Shown here one piece after another: positions 22,663 through 32,183 of a stretch of 64,000 bases of DNA. This DNA is from an uncultured Alphaproteobacteria bacterium (GTDB taxonomy: Bacteria > Pseudomonadota > Alphaproteobacteria > Rhizobiales > Xanthobacteraceae), in contig CAWGLP010000006.1 of assembly GCA_963823485.1 (NCBI GenBank), forward strand, positions 12,204 through 76,203, in the 5' to 3' direction. Each line of letters begins with the position of its first letter. Within the stretch, counting starts at the first letter, position 1. A program made the position numbers and the translations under genes. Below the pieces are notes generated by a model. It was not told the origin of the DNA. It did not search any database and saw only the letters and a program-made list of their open reading frames with translations.

Positions 22663-23091
22663 TTAGGCCTGCGCGCCGGCGATATAGGGAATGCTGCCGA
22701 CGATGGCGAAAAGCAGGATCGCGTTGACCAGCATGCCGCCCCAGTGCAGGCGGCGCAGCCGGCGAACCGCATCGGAATCGCCGGCATCCCGGGCGCGGAG
22801 CTGCGCATCCATCTCCTGCATGAACCGGCGCCGTCCCCAGATCGCGAAAGCCGCGACCAGGGCAATGCCAAGGGCGAAAGCCAGTTTGCCGGCGAGAGCG
22901 AAGGCCACCGCGCCGAAGGTGCCGGCAATGCCCAGCGTCAGGAAATGGATATTGAACATGCCGCGCAGCAATTGGGTGACAGGCGGGATGTCGAGCTTCA
23001 CCAGCAGAAACGCCGGTGACGCCAGAAAGAAGTATCCGGTCGGAAACAGCAGGATGACGATGGCAGCCAGAGCGACGGCATCCGACGTCAT
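22663..23091 (-). CDS. Small four-helix membrane protein of unknown function
   Basis: MTSDAVALAAIV... with about four hydrophobic segments; RBS AGGAA upstream. Confidence 0.6.
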   Translation of the reverse strand: MTSDAVALAAIVILLFPTGYFFLASPAFLLVKLDIPPVTQLLRGMFNIHFLTLGIAGTFGAVAFALAGKLAFALGIALVAAFAIWGRRRFMQEMDAQLRARDAGDSDAVRRLRRLHWGGMLVNAILLFAIVGSIPYIAGAQA

Positions 23092-23331
23092 ATGATCATT
23101 CTTTCGTTCCTGCGCCCCGCAACGGTTCGGGAAGCTTATCGTAATAGCGCCGACATCCCTCCAAAATTGGGCTTTGGTCGGATCGTCGTCGGACTGGCTC
23201 GCCCGGATCGTCCCCGGCCACCGCCATCGCGGCGCTGGGCGTTGCGCGCAGGGCCTGATTTTCTGAATGAATTCAGTCTGGTTTGGGTCGTCCAGTCTCG
23301 TGCGCAAAAATATTGAGCTTCCCGTCCCACC

Positions 23332-23828
23332 CAAATCAGTGGCTTTTTCGGTGCTGTCCCGTCTCGACAAGAGGGGCGTTTCGCGATCGTCACGAACGCG
23401 AGGCGGGATGTGGTGGACGCGGCAGCGCCGGGCGCGAGAGGTGGTCGCAGGGTGAGTTGAACCTCATGAGCGACATACCGCGCGCAAGACGAACGGCGCT
23501 GATGCGTACGGCAAAACCGTGTGGTCCTGGCACCCGTGGCTGGTGTCAAGCTGTCGGTGGTGAGTTCGATCCAACCGGATCGATTTGGCCATCAAGCCGG
23601 CAGCGACGGAGGCAAGACGAATTCGTCTCCGAGGAGATCACGGCATAAGCCGTCAACCTATTGCGCAGGGAATGCCGGAGTGTTCCGTCTGTACCTGTAT
23701 GCTCGTGTGCATCTTCTTCGCACATCCCGGCACACGAGACCGCGGGTGCAGCAAGCACCCGGCATTCCCTGCTCCCTCGATTTTGAGGGACAGCTTCTTG
23801 CAAACCTCGGGCGCAAGGCGTCGCGAGA
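23332..23828 (+). ncRNA. Large structured non-coding repeat element, copy 1
   Basis: Collinear homology with the reverse complement of 47758-48176; multiple stems with compensatory changes; no conserved ORF. Confidence 0.7.
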
Positions 23829-23888
23829 ACAGAAAACTGTGTCCACCGCCGGTCACGCCCACGTGAAATGCCGGCATCTCGTCACCAA

Positions 23889-23917
23889 TTGACACTGACT
23901 GACTAGTCAGTCATATA
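23889..23917 (+). promoter_or_regulatory. Sigma70 promoter overlapped by a perfect 18-bp TetR operator
   Basis: TTGACA (23889)-N17-CATATA (23912); palindrome TGACTGACTAGTCAGTCA at 23896-23913. Confidence 0.8.
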
Positions 23918-23923
23918 CAAAAC

Positions 23924-24628
23924 ATGACAAAGCAAAGCACCAGAACCGCAAGAAAACCCGCCACGGAGCCCGGCGGGCCCCTGCATGGGAGGGGAGCGAC
24001 CCGGCGGTCGCCGAAGCCTGCCCCCAGCCGCGCCGAGCGGGCGGCCGAACGACGGAGCGCCATCGTGGAGGCGGCGATGGAGGAGTTCATCGCGCGCGGC
24101 TTCGCCGCGACCCGGCTCGACGACGTCGCCAGGCGCGCCGGCGTCGCCAAGGGCACGATCTATCTGCACTTCAAGGACAAGGAGTCGATGTTCGAGGAGT
24201 TGATCCGCACCGCCATCGTGCCGCTGGTGGTCCGCCTCAGCGCGACGCCGCCAGCGCCGGGCGCATCGGTGCGCGACATGGTCGAGGGCTTCGCGCAGAA
24301 CTTCATCAGGGAAGTGGCGACCACCCGGCGCGGCGACATCGTGCGCCTGATCGTGGCCGAAGGCCCGCGATTTCCGGCGGTGGCCGATTTTTACTACCGC
24401 GAAGTGGTGACGAGGGGGCTCGCCGGCATGCGCGCGCTGATCGAACTCGGCATCGCGCGCGGCGAGATCAAGCAGAAGAACCTCGCCCGTTTCCCCCAGA
24501 TACTGGTCGCGCCCGCGCTGATCGCCGTGATCTGGCAAAGCCTTTTCAGCAAGCACGCGCCATTGGATGCGATCGAGATGTTTCGGGTGCATCTCGATCT
24601 GATTTTTGGCGAACGGAGGACGACATGA
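23924..24628 (+). CDS. TetR/AcrR family regulator
   Basis: HTH motif RGFAATRLDDVARRAGVAKGTIYLHFKDKE. Confidence 0.92.
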   Translation: MTKQSTRTARKPATEPGGPLHGRGATRRSPKPAPSRAERAAERRSAIVEAAMEEFIARGFAATRLDDVARRAGVAKGTIYLHFKDKESMFEELIRTAIVPLVVRLSATPPAPGASVRDMVEGFAQNFIREVATTRRGDIVRLIVAEGPRFPAVADFYYREVVTRGLAGMRALIELGIARGEIKQKNLARFPQILVAPALIAVIWQSLFSKHAPLDAIEMFRVHLDLIFGERRTT

Positions 24629-25410
24629 CCTCGTCGCGAACGACGGCGATCCTGGCTGCGCTGGCGCTGGCGGCCGTACTAGCCGGCTGCAAGGAGCGTC
24701 GCGACCCCGGCTTCCAGGGCTGGGTCGAGGCCGACATGATCTTCGTCAGCCCCGACGAGACCGGCCGCGTCACCAAACTCAACGTGCGGGAAGGCGACGA
24801 GGTCAAGCCCGGCGCGCCGCTCTATTCGGTCGATGACGAACTGCAGCAGGCCGACCTCAACCAGAACAAGGCGACGCTCGCCAATGCGCAGCAGACCTAT
24901 GATCGCGCCGCCTCGCTGAGCAAGACCGGCTCCGGCACGCAGGCCGCGCTGGATTCCGCGGTCTCGGCGCTGCGGGTGGCCGAAGCCCGGGTCAACACCT
25001 CGCAGACACGGCTGGCGCGGCGCAGCGGCTTTGCGCCGGTCGGCGGTACCATCCAGCAGATCTATTTCCGCGAAGGCGAGATGGTGCCGGCACAGCGCCC
25101 GGTATTGTCGATCATGCCGCCCGGCAACATGAAGCTGCGCTTTTTCGTGCCGGAGGCGGAACTGCCGAAGCTCTCGATCGGCGATGAGGTGAAGGTGACC
25201 TGCGATAATTGCGCGGCCGATCTCACGGCGAAGATCTACTTCATCGCCACGACGGCGGAATACACCCCGCCGGTCATCTACAGCCTCGATGAGCGCAACA
25301 AGCTGGTCTACCTGATCCAGGCGCGGCCGAACCGGCCGGACAGCTTGCGCGTCGGCCAGCCGATCAGCGTCTTTCTCAATGCTCCCACACCGGTGGCCAG
25401 CAAGCGATGA
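24625..25410 (+). CDS. HlyD-family periplasmic adaptor lipoprotein (YbhG-like)
   Basis: Lipobox LAGC, VREGDEVKPG and AEYTPPVIYS. Confidence 0.85.
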   Translation: MTSSRTTAILAALALAAVLAGCKERRDPGFQGWVEADMIFVSPDETGRVTKLNVREGDEVKPGAPLYSVDDELQQADLNQNKATLANAQQTYDRAASLSKTGSGTQAALDSAVSALRVAEARVNTSQTRLARRSGFAPVGGTIQQIYFREGEMVPAQRPVLSIMPPGNMKLRFFVPEAELPKLSIGDEVKVTCDNCAADLTAKIYFIATTAEYTPPVIYSLDERNKLVYLIQARPNRPDSLRVGQPISVFLNAPTPVASKR

Positions 25411-26351
25411 ACCCTGCCTCAACATCCAAAGCCGACATCGCCATCGATGTCGCGGGCCTGTCGAAGTCGTTCAGCGGCCGCGAGGTCGTGCACGACCTTT
25501 CGATGCAGGTGAAGCGCGGCTCGATCTACGGCTTTCTCGGCCCCAACGGCTCCGGCAAGACCACGACCATCCGCATGCTCTGCGGATTGCTGACGCCGGA
25601 CGCGGGCGAGGGCACCTGCCTCGGCTATGACATCCGCCGCGACGCCGACAAGATCAAGCGTCTGGTCGGCTACATGACGCAGCGCTTCAGCCTCTATCAG
25701 GATCTCTCGGTGCGGGAGAACCTCGAATTCGTCGCGCGACTGTATGGCGTACGGGACGCACGGGGCGCCGCCCGCGACATGATCACACGGATCGGCCTGA
25801 AGGGCCGCGAGGAGCAACTGGCCGGTGAATTGTCGGGCGGCTGGAAGCAGCGCCTGGCGCTTGGCGCCTGCACGCTGCCCAATCCGAAACTGCTGCTGCT
25901 GGACGAGCCGACCGCCGGCGTCGACCCCAAGGCGCGCCGCGATTTCTGGAACGAGATCCATGCGCTCGCCGCCGAAGGTCTCACCGTGCTGGTCTCCACC
26001 CACTACATGGACGAGGCCGAGCGCTGTCATGAGATCGCCTACATCGCCTATGGCCACCTGCTGGCGCACGGCACCGTGGATCAGGTGATCGAGCAGTCGG
26101 CATTGTCGACCTGGACGGTTGCGGGTTCCGATCTCAACGGGCTGGCGGCTGAGCTCGCCGGCAAGCCGGGGATCGACATGGTCGCGCCGTTCGGCACCAG
26201 CCTGCATGTCTCCGGACGTGACCGCATTGCGCTGGAGGCGACGATTGCGCCCTACCGGAACAACAGGGGATGGCAGTGGCAGGCCAGCGCGCCGTCGCTG
26301 GAGGACGTCTTCATCGACCTGATGAGCCGCTCAAAGGATAATTTCCAATGA
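25407..26351 (+). CDS. ABC-2 exporter ATPase
   Basis: GPNGSGKTT, LSGGWKQR, LDEPTAGVD and THYMDEAE. Confidence 0.92.
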   Translation: MNPASTSKADIAIDVAGLSKSFSGREVVHDLSMQVKRGSIYGFLGPNGSGKTTTIRMLCGLLTPDAGEGTCLGYDIRRDADKIKRLVGYMTQRFSLYQDLSVRENLEFVARLYGVRDARGAARDMITRIGLKGREEQLAGELSGGWKQRLALGACTLPNPKLLLLDEPTAGVDPKARRDFWNEIHALAAEGLTVLVSTHYMDEAERCHEIAYIAYGHLLAHGTVDQVIEQSALSTWTVAGSDLNGLAAELAGKPGIDMVAPFGTSLHVSGRDRIALEATIAPYRNNRGWQWQASAPSLEDVFIDLMSRSKDNFQ

Positions 26352-27514
26352 GTGCAGCCGAAGCCGCCCATCCGGACCGCGACGCCAGGGAGCGGCCTTT
26401 CGGCTTCTGGCGGCGCAGCTATGCGATGCTGGTCAAGGAGTTCATCCAGCTCCGGCGTGATCGTGTCTCGTTCGCTATGATCGTGATGCTGCCGGTAATG
26501 CAGCTCGTCCTGTTCGGCTTTGCCATCAACACCACGCCGCGCCATCTCCCGACCGCGGTACTGCTGCAGGAGGACAGCGATCTCGCGCGCTCGATCCTGA
26601 AGGCGTTCGAGAATACCGACTATTTCCGCTTCACCCGCGAAGTTCACAGCGTTGCCGAATTCGACGACCTGCTGCAGTCCGGCAAGGTGCTGTTCGGCGT
26701 CGAGATCCCGCGCGGCTTCGAACGCGCCGTGCGGCGCGGCGACAAGCCGGCGCTGCTGGTGGCGGCCGATGCGACCGATCCGGTGGCCGCGGGCTCGGCG
26801 CTCGGCGCGCTCGGCACCCTGGTGCAGACGGCGCTGATGCACGATCTTCATATCGGCGATCCGCCGCAGATGCCGTTCGAGATTCGCGCCCATGCGCGCT
26901 ACAATCCAGCGGCCTCCTCGCGGCTCAACATCGTGCCGGGTCTGGTCGGCACCATCCTGACCATGACGATGCTGATCTTCACGGCGCTGTCGGTGACGCG
27001 CGAGATCGAGCGCGGCACCATGGAGAGCCTGCTGTCGATGCCGATCAAGCCGGTCGAGGTGATGTTCGGCAAGATCGTGCCCTACGTGATCGTCGGATTC
27101 GTCCAGGCGACGCTGATCGTCGGCATCGGCGTGCTGCTGTTCGGCGTGCCGATCCTCGGCAGCGTGTTCACGCTGGCGCTGCTCTCGACGCTGTTCATCA
27201 CCACCAACCTGGCGATCGGCTACACGTTCTCGACCATCGTGCAGAACCAGTTGCAGGCGATGCAACTGTCGATGATGTTCTTCCTGCCGAGCATTCTGCT
27301 GTCCGGCTTCATGTTTCCATTCGCAGGCATGCCGGCATGGGCGCAGTATATCGGCGAAGGTCTGCCGCTGACGCATTACGTTCGCATCGTCCGCGCCATC
27401 ATGCTCAAGGGCGCGACCCTTCAGAACCTGCAATACGATACGATTGCACTCATTGCACTGATGCTGCTGGCGATGACGATCGCCGTGACACGCTTCCGTC
27501 GCACGCTCGATTGA
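26348..27514 (+). CDS. ABC-2 exporter permease (YbhR/S-like)
   Basis: KEFIQLRRDR, REIERGTMESLL and LLSGFMFP. Confidence 0.9.
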   Translation: MSAAEAAHPDRDARERPFGFWRRSYAMLVKEFIQLRRDRVSFAMIVMLPVMQLVLFGFAINTTPRHLPTAVLLQEDSDLARSILKAFENTDYFRFTREVHSVAEFDDLLQSGKVLFGVEIPRGFERAVRRGDKPALLVAADATDPVAAGSALGALGTLVQTALMHDLHIGDPPQMPFEIRAHARYNPAASSRLNIVPGLVGTILTMTMLIFTALSVTREIERGTMESLLSMPIKPVEVMFGKIVPYVIVGFVQATLIVGIGVLLFGVPILGSVFTLALLSTLFITTNLAIGYTFSTIVQNQLQAMQLSMMFFLPSILLSGFMFPFAGMPAWAQYIGEGLPLTHYVRIVRAIMLKGATLQNLQYDTIALIALMLLAMTIAVTRFRRTLD

Positions 27515-27539
27515 AGGTATATAGTTGGCATCCTATCAA

Positions 27540-27580
27540 CGTCATTCCGGGTTGACGCTACGCGCGCCTCCGGAATGACA
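27540..27580. repeat. Short CGTC-type REP hairpin
   Basis: GTCATTCCGG...CCGGAATGAC, the same ends as the 12093 element. Confidence 0.65.
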
Positions 27581-27590
27581 AGAGGCAACA

Positions 27591-28898
27591 ATGCGCGGGT
27601 TCAGGGGCAACAAGGAAAACGAGCAGGGCACACCGGTTTCGGCCGACTTCCAGCGCGCGTTGACGCAGGAGGTGATGGCGACCGAGCTGCTGCGGATCAA
27701 GGTGCTGATTGCCACGGCTGCGGTGCTCGGCGTCACCGTGGGGATTGTCTACTTCCTCATACCCGACGTTGTGAATCGCGTCTGGCACGGCAAGCTCACG
27801 CCGATCTATCTCTATTCGATCATCGTGCCGTTCATCCTGTTCGAATGGTGGGTGATCGGCGCCATCAAGCGGCACATGCGGCGCGGGCTCGATTTGCCGT
27901 TGTACCGGCGCTATCTCGGCGCGCTGATCGAGACCTCGATGCCGACGGTTGCGCTGGCCCTGCATATCGACAGCATGGGGTCTGTGGCCGCGCTCGGTTT
28001 CGTGGCGCCGATGATCTATTTCATCTTCATCATCCTCTCGACGTTGCGGCTGGATTTCTGGCTCTCCACCTTCACCGGCGCGGTTGCCGCCACGCAGCTT
28101 TTCTGCATGGCGGTATTCTACCATCCGTCAGGCGAAGCCGACCCCAGCATTTTCTATCACGCAGCCCGCAGCCTGATCGTGCTGGTTTGCGGCGTGCTGG
28201 CCGGCGCGGTCGGCCATCAGTTGCACCGACAGTTCGAGGCGAGCATCATGGCGGCGACCGCGCGCGACCGCATCACCAATTTGTTCGGCCAGCACGTATC
28301 GCCGCAGGTGGTCGAACGTCTGATGGCCGAAGGTGCGCGAGCCGACAGCGACATCCGCCGTGCCGCGGTGATGTTCGTCGATTTCCGCAGTTTCACCGCC
28401 GGGGCGCGCAGCCGGACGCCGCAGGAAGTGGTGGACCGGCTCGACGGCGCCTTCGCCATCCTGGTCGACATTCTCGACCGCCACGGCGGCATCGTGAACA
28501 AGTTTCTCGGCGACGGATTCCTGGCACTATTCGGTGCGCCGCTGGAGGCGCCGGATCCGGCGCACCGGGCAGTCGCCGCGGCGCGCGAAATGCTGGAAGC
28601 CAATGCGCGGATCAACGAGGCAACGAGCTGGCCGCTCCGTATCGGGATTGGCATTCACCTCGGTGAAGTCGTCGCCGGCAATATCGGTTCGCCGCGGCGC
28701 AAGGAATACACGGTGATCGGCGACACCGTGAACTTTGCCTCGCGCCTCGAAGCGCTCAACAAGGACTTCGATTCGCAGTTTCTGATCTCGGCGGCGGTTC
28801 GCGATGCGCTCGGCGAAGCCTGCGGCGACGCCGTTTCGCTCGGCGAGGTCGAGGTCAGGGGCTATGAGCGGCCGATGGCCGTGTGGCGGCTGGGATAG
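27591..28898 (+). CDS. Membrane-bound class III adenylate cyclase
   Basis: About six TM helices, then FVDFRSFT, KFLGDG and YTVIGDTVNFASRLE; the adenine-specifying Lys is present. Confidence 0.9.
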   Translation: MRGFRGNKENEQGTPVSADFQRALTQEVMATELLRIKVLIATAAVLGVTVGIVYFLIPDVVNRVWHGKLTPIYLYSIIVPFILFEWWVIGAIKRHMRRGLDLPLYRRYLGALIETSMPTVALALHIDSMGSVAALGFVAPMIYFIFIILSTLRLDFWLSTFTGAVAATQLFCMAVFYHPSGEADPSIFYHAARSLIVLVCGVLAGAVGHQLHRQFEASIMAATARDRITNLFGQHVSPQVVERLMAEGARADSDIRRAAVMFVDFRSFTAGARSRTPQEVVDRLDGAFAILVDILDRHGGIVNKFLGDGFLALFGAPLEAPDPAHRAVAAAREMLEANARINEATSWPLRIGIGIHLGEVVAGNIGSPRRKEYTVIGDTVNFASRLEALNKDFDSQFLISAAVRDALGEACGDAVSLGEVEVRGYERPMAVWRLG

Positions 28899-28909
28899 GG
28901 AGCAATCAA

Positions 28910-29824
28910 ATGCAGCGGCGTTACATCACTGTGGACGTTTTCACCGACCGTGCCTTTGGCGGCAATCCGCTTGCCGTGGTGCTCGACGCCGGCGGACTAT
29001 CGACGGCGCAGATGCAGGCGATCGCCACCGAGTTCAACTATTCGGAGACGACCTTCGTGCTGCCGCCGCGCGAATCGGCAAACGATGCGCAGGTTCGCAT
29101 CTTCACGGTGAACCGGGAGATACCTTTCGCGGGCCATCCCAATGTCGGCACCGCCTTCGTGCTGGCGATGCGGGCGGCAAAGCCGCCGGCGCGGCTGCTG
29201 TTCGAGGAAGGGGCCGGGCTGGTGCCGGTCGAGATTGCGGTCGAACAGGGCAGGGTCGTCAGCACCGAGTTCACGGCGCCGCAGCCACTGAAGAGAATGT
29301 CGCAGGTGAGCGTCGAGCAGGCTGCGGCCTGCCTTTCGCTGTCGGCGAGCGATGTGATGACCGAGCGGCATCCGCCGCAGATCATCTCGGTCGGGCTGGC
29401 GTTCCTCGCGGTCGAACTGACCTCGCGCGAGGCTCTGAGGCGGGCACGGCCCGATGCTGCAGCGTTCGCCAAGACCTTTCCCTGCGACGGCAGCGACGCC
29501 GTCTATCTCTACACGCGCGCCGTGCCGGCAAGCGAGCAGCCGTGCGACTTGCAGGCGCGGATGTTTCATCCCGGTGCGAGCGGGCTGTCCGAAGACCCGG
29601 CGACCGGTAGCGCTACCGCCGCCGCAGCAGCGCTGCTCGCCGATCTTAATGCAACGAGGGACGGTGAGTTGAAGTTGCAGATCGGCCAGGGCGTCGACAT
29701 GGGACGGCCGAGCCTGCTGCGTACGCGCGTGCACAAGAAGAATGGCGAGATCACTTCCATTCACGTCGGCGGTAGCTGCGTGCAGATGATGGAGGGAACG
29801 TTTCGGCTCGCGGGTGAGAGCTGA
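28910..29824 (+). CDS. PhzF family isomerase
   Basis: VDVFTDRAFGGNPLAV, SETTF, EIPFAGHP and EDPATGSA. Confidence 0.9.
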   Translation: MQRRYITVDVFTDRAFGGNPLAVVLDAGGLSTAQMQAIATEFNYSETTFVLPPRESANDAQVRIFTVNREIPFAGHPNVGTAFVLAMRAAKPPARLLFEEGAGLVPVEIAVEQGRVVSTEFTAPQPLKRMSQVSVEQAAACLSLSASDVMTERHPPQIISVGLAFLAVELTSREALRRARPDAAAFAKTFPCDGSDAVYLYTRAVPASEQPCDLQARMFHPGASGLSEDPATGSATAAAAALLADLNATRDGELKLQIGQGVDMGRPSLLRTRVHKKNGEITSIHVGGSCVQMMEGTFRLAGES

Positions 29825-29838
29825 TTCGCGGTAGCGCC

Positions 29839-30663
29839 TCACGTCACCCGTTCGATTAATTCCATCGCGCCGGCGGGCGCGCGAATCTTGCCCTCGTGAA
29901 TCACATAGGCGAACACATCACGCGGCATCTTTTTCGGCTTGGCGGCATCGACGCGCGGCAGGTCGTCCGGCTCGCTGCCCGCAGCCCAGGCCTGAAAGCG
30001 CTTGGCCCAGGCGTCGAGTTGCTTAGGCGGATAGCAGGTCTTGAGCTCGTCATTACCCTTTTGCAGTCGCGCATAGACGAAGTCGCTGACCACATCGGCG
30101 ATCGCCGGATATTTGCCGTGCTCGGCGAACACGACGGGGGTCTCGAACTGGCGGAGCAGGGCGATGAATTCGGGCACGCAGAAACTGTCGTGCCGCACCT
30201 CGACCACGTGCCGAAGCGCGCGTCCCTCCAGCTTGCGCGGCAGCAATTCGAGGAACTTGCCGAAATCGGCCTCGTCGAATTTTTTCGTCGGCGCGAACTG
30301 CCACAGCACCGGGCCGAGCCGGTCGCCGAGTTCCAGCACGCCGGAATCGTAGAACCGCTTCACGGAATCGCCGGCCTCCGCCAGCACACGACGGTTGGTC
30401 GCGAAGCGCGGGCCTTTCAACGAGAACACGAAACCGTCAGGGACTTCGCGCGCCCATTTGCGAAAGCTTTCCGGCTTCTGCGATCCGTAATAGGTGCCGT
30501 TGATCTCGATCGAGGTGAGTTTCGACGCGGCGTAAGAGAGTTCCTTCGCCTGCGTGAGTTTCTCCGGATAGAACACCCCGCGCCATGGCTCGAAGGTCCA
30601 GCCGCCGATGCCGATATAGATGTTGCCGCCGCTCTTGGCGGCCGATTTTGCAGGCTTGCTCAC
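29839..30663 (-). CDS. DUF72 family protein
   Basis: IGIGGW, IEINGTYY, FSLKGPR, LWQFAP and EVRHDSF; GTG start assumed. Confidence 0.85.
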   Translation of the reverse strand: MSKPAKSAAKSGGNIYIGIGGWTFEPWRGVFYPEKLTQAKELSYAASKLTSIEINGTYYGSQKPESFRKWAREVPDGFVFSLKGPRFATNRRVLAEAGDSVKRFYDSGVLELGDRLGPVLWQFAPTKKFDEADFGKFLELLPRKLEGRALRHVVEVRHDSFCVPEFIALLRQFETPVVFAEHGKYPAIADVVSDFVYARLQKGNDELKTCYPPKQLDAWAKRFQAWAAGSEPDDLPRVDAAKPKKMPRDVFAYVIHEGKIRAPAGAMELIERVT

Positions 30664-30934
30664 GGGAAGGCTCGTCGGAATGAGGGAGGAGGTCTTTGCG
30701 GATGTTAACCAAACCGGTGCCGATTGGCCAGTTTGTCGCGGATGAACGCCGAGCCATACGACATCAGGGAAAGGGCGGCTGCGATGGCGCGATATATGGA
30801 CACACATATCCGCTGGTGCCGAAAATGCATGGTGATCTGGCGCGCCACTTGCAGAGTTTTTGGTGTGACCGATATGGGCTGGAGGGCCGTTTCCCTCGGT
30901 CGCTGCAGAGTAATTCAAGGTTCGGCTCGGACGG

Positions 30935-31741
30935 ATGATGGTCAGCAAGCACTACCCACCGCAACCGGCGTCAGGCGCGAGCAAGGCGGTTGCTCCGGCA
31001 CAATTCGGCGCGCTGCTGCTGACCGACAATGGGGCGCAGCGGAGCGGGCCGCCGTACCTGTTCCGCGGTTTGAGCGAATCCGAGATTGCGCAGGTGCTGG
31101 GTTCCGGCAAGCGCCGAGTGCTCTACCGCGGCGCGCAGCTCTTCAGCCAGGGCACGCCGCAGGACGGCATCTTCCTGATCGAGAGCGGGCGGATCAAGGT
31201 GTTCTACACCGCGCCCTCGGGGCGCGAGATCACGCTGGCCTATTGGCACTCCGGAAATTTCGTCGGCGGTCCGGAGGTCTTCAAGCAGGGGCTGCACGTC
31301 TGGTCCGGCGAGGCTGCCGTCAACAGCACCGTGTTGCATTTGCCCGGCGACGTGCTGCGCCGCATGGTCATGACGATTCCAGCGCTCGCCATCGGCATCA
31401 TCGAGGGCTTGAGCTTCAAGGGGCAATGCTACTCCGCGCTCGCCCAGATGCTCGGGACACGCTCGCCGACCGAGCGCCTCGCGCAACTGCTGCTGCACCT
31501 GATGAATCTCTACGGCGTCGAGGAGCGTGACGGCACGCTGATCGCCGCGTCGTTCACGCATGCTGACCTCGCGCACATGACCGGCGTGACGCGACAATCG
31601 GTCACCATCAGCCTGAAGCGATTCACCGAGCTTGGGATCCTGCATGTGCACGGCTCCAACCTCGTGATCAGCAACGCCGAGCTCCTGGGCGAAATCCGCG
31701 ACGGCAAGCTCGGCAAGACGCCGGCCTCGGACGAGGCCTGA
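30935..31741 (+). CDS. Crp/Fnr family transcriptional regulator
   Basis: cNMP-binding domain (FLIESGRIKV...GREITL) and HTH FTHADLAHMTGVTRQSVT. Confidence 0.9.
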   Translation: MMVSKHYPPQPASGASKAVAPAQFGALLLTDNGAQRSGPPYLFRGLSESEIAQVLGSGKRRVLYRGAQLFSQGTPQDGIFLIESGRIKVFYTAPSGREITLAYWHSGNFVGGPEVFKQGLHVWSGEAAVNSTVLHLPGDVLRRMVMTIPALAIGIIEGLSFKGQCYSALAQMLGTRSPTERLAQLLLHLMNLYGVEERDGTLIAASFTHADLAHMTGVTRQSVTISLKRFTELGILHVHGSNLVISNAELLGEIRDGKLGKTPASDEA

Positions 31742-32183
31742 GCGTTGACGCGCCGAGAGGGGACGAGCGTCCAATTTGTAACCCTGACGCCCATTTCATA
31801 GCCAAATCTGGTGCCCGGCCTGTCCATTATTTGAGCATCCGGATATTTCTTCGCAATAGCTTGCTGGTTCGATGCGTTCGCCGTTTCGGACTCAAAGGCC
31901 GCCGTTCAGAGTTTGCCCATCGGACGTTTCGACGTCCCCCGATGGAAGCAAACGAGTGCACGGCAATGACGTCCACCCCTCTCGCTCACCACACCGCTCG
32001 CGAACCGGGCCTGCTGCGTGGCGTCAGCACGGGCCCGGTGGCATATCGCTTGCACCATCAACCCCATCAAGCCAGCCAACCTGCTCATCGCCGAGTAACC
32101 CTGCCGCGGACCATCGTGGCAGGGGAGCTTCGCATGGGCATCGCGCGACATACAGCCCAGTTCGGTTCGAAAGGATTTGTCTC

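Noticed and set aside
23332-23828. Identification of the element as a group II intron, tmRNA, RNase P RNA, rRNA fragment or IS
   Set aside because: I could not find a domain V hairpin, tRNA-like ends, RNase P P4 consensus, rRNA signature, terminal inverted repeats or transposase by eye. An Rfam search is still needed.
23136-23895. Several short ORFs across the large element (also 47446-48165)
   Set aside because: Frames are not preserved between the two copies; conservation follows base pairing, not codons.
31742-32183. Long intergenic region before the binding protein gene as a riboswitch or Crp site
   Set aside because: No recognisable aptamer, terminator or symmetric TGTGA/TTGAT-type box was found.
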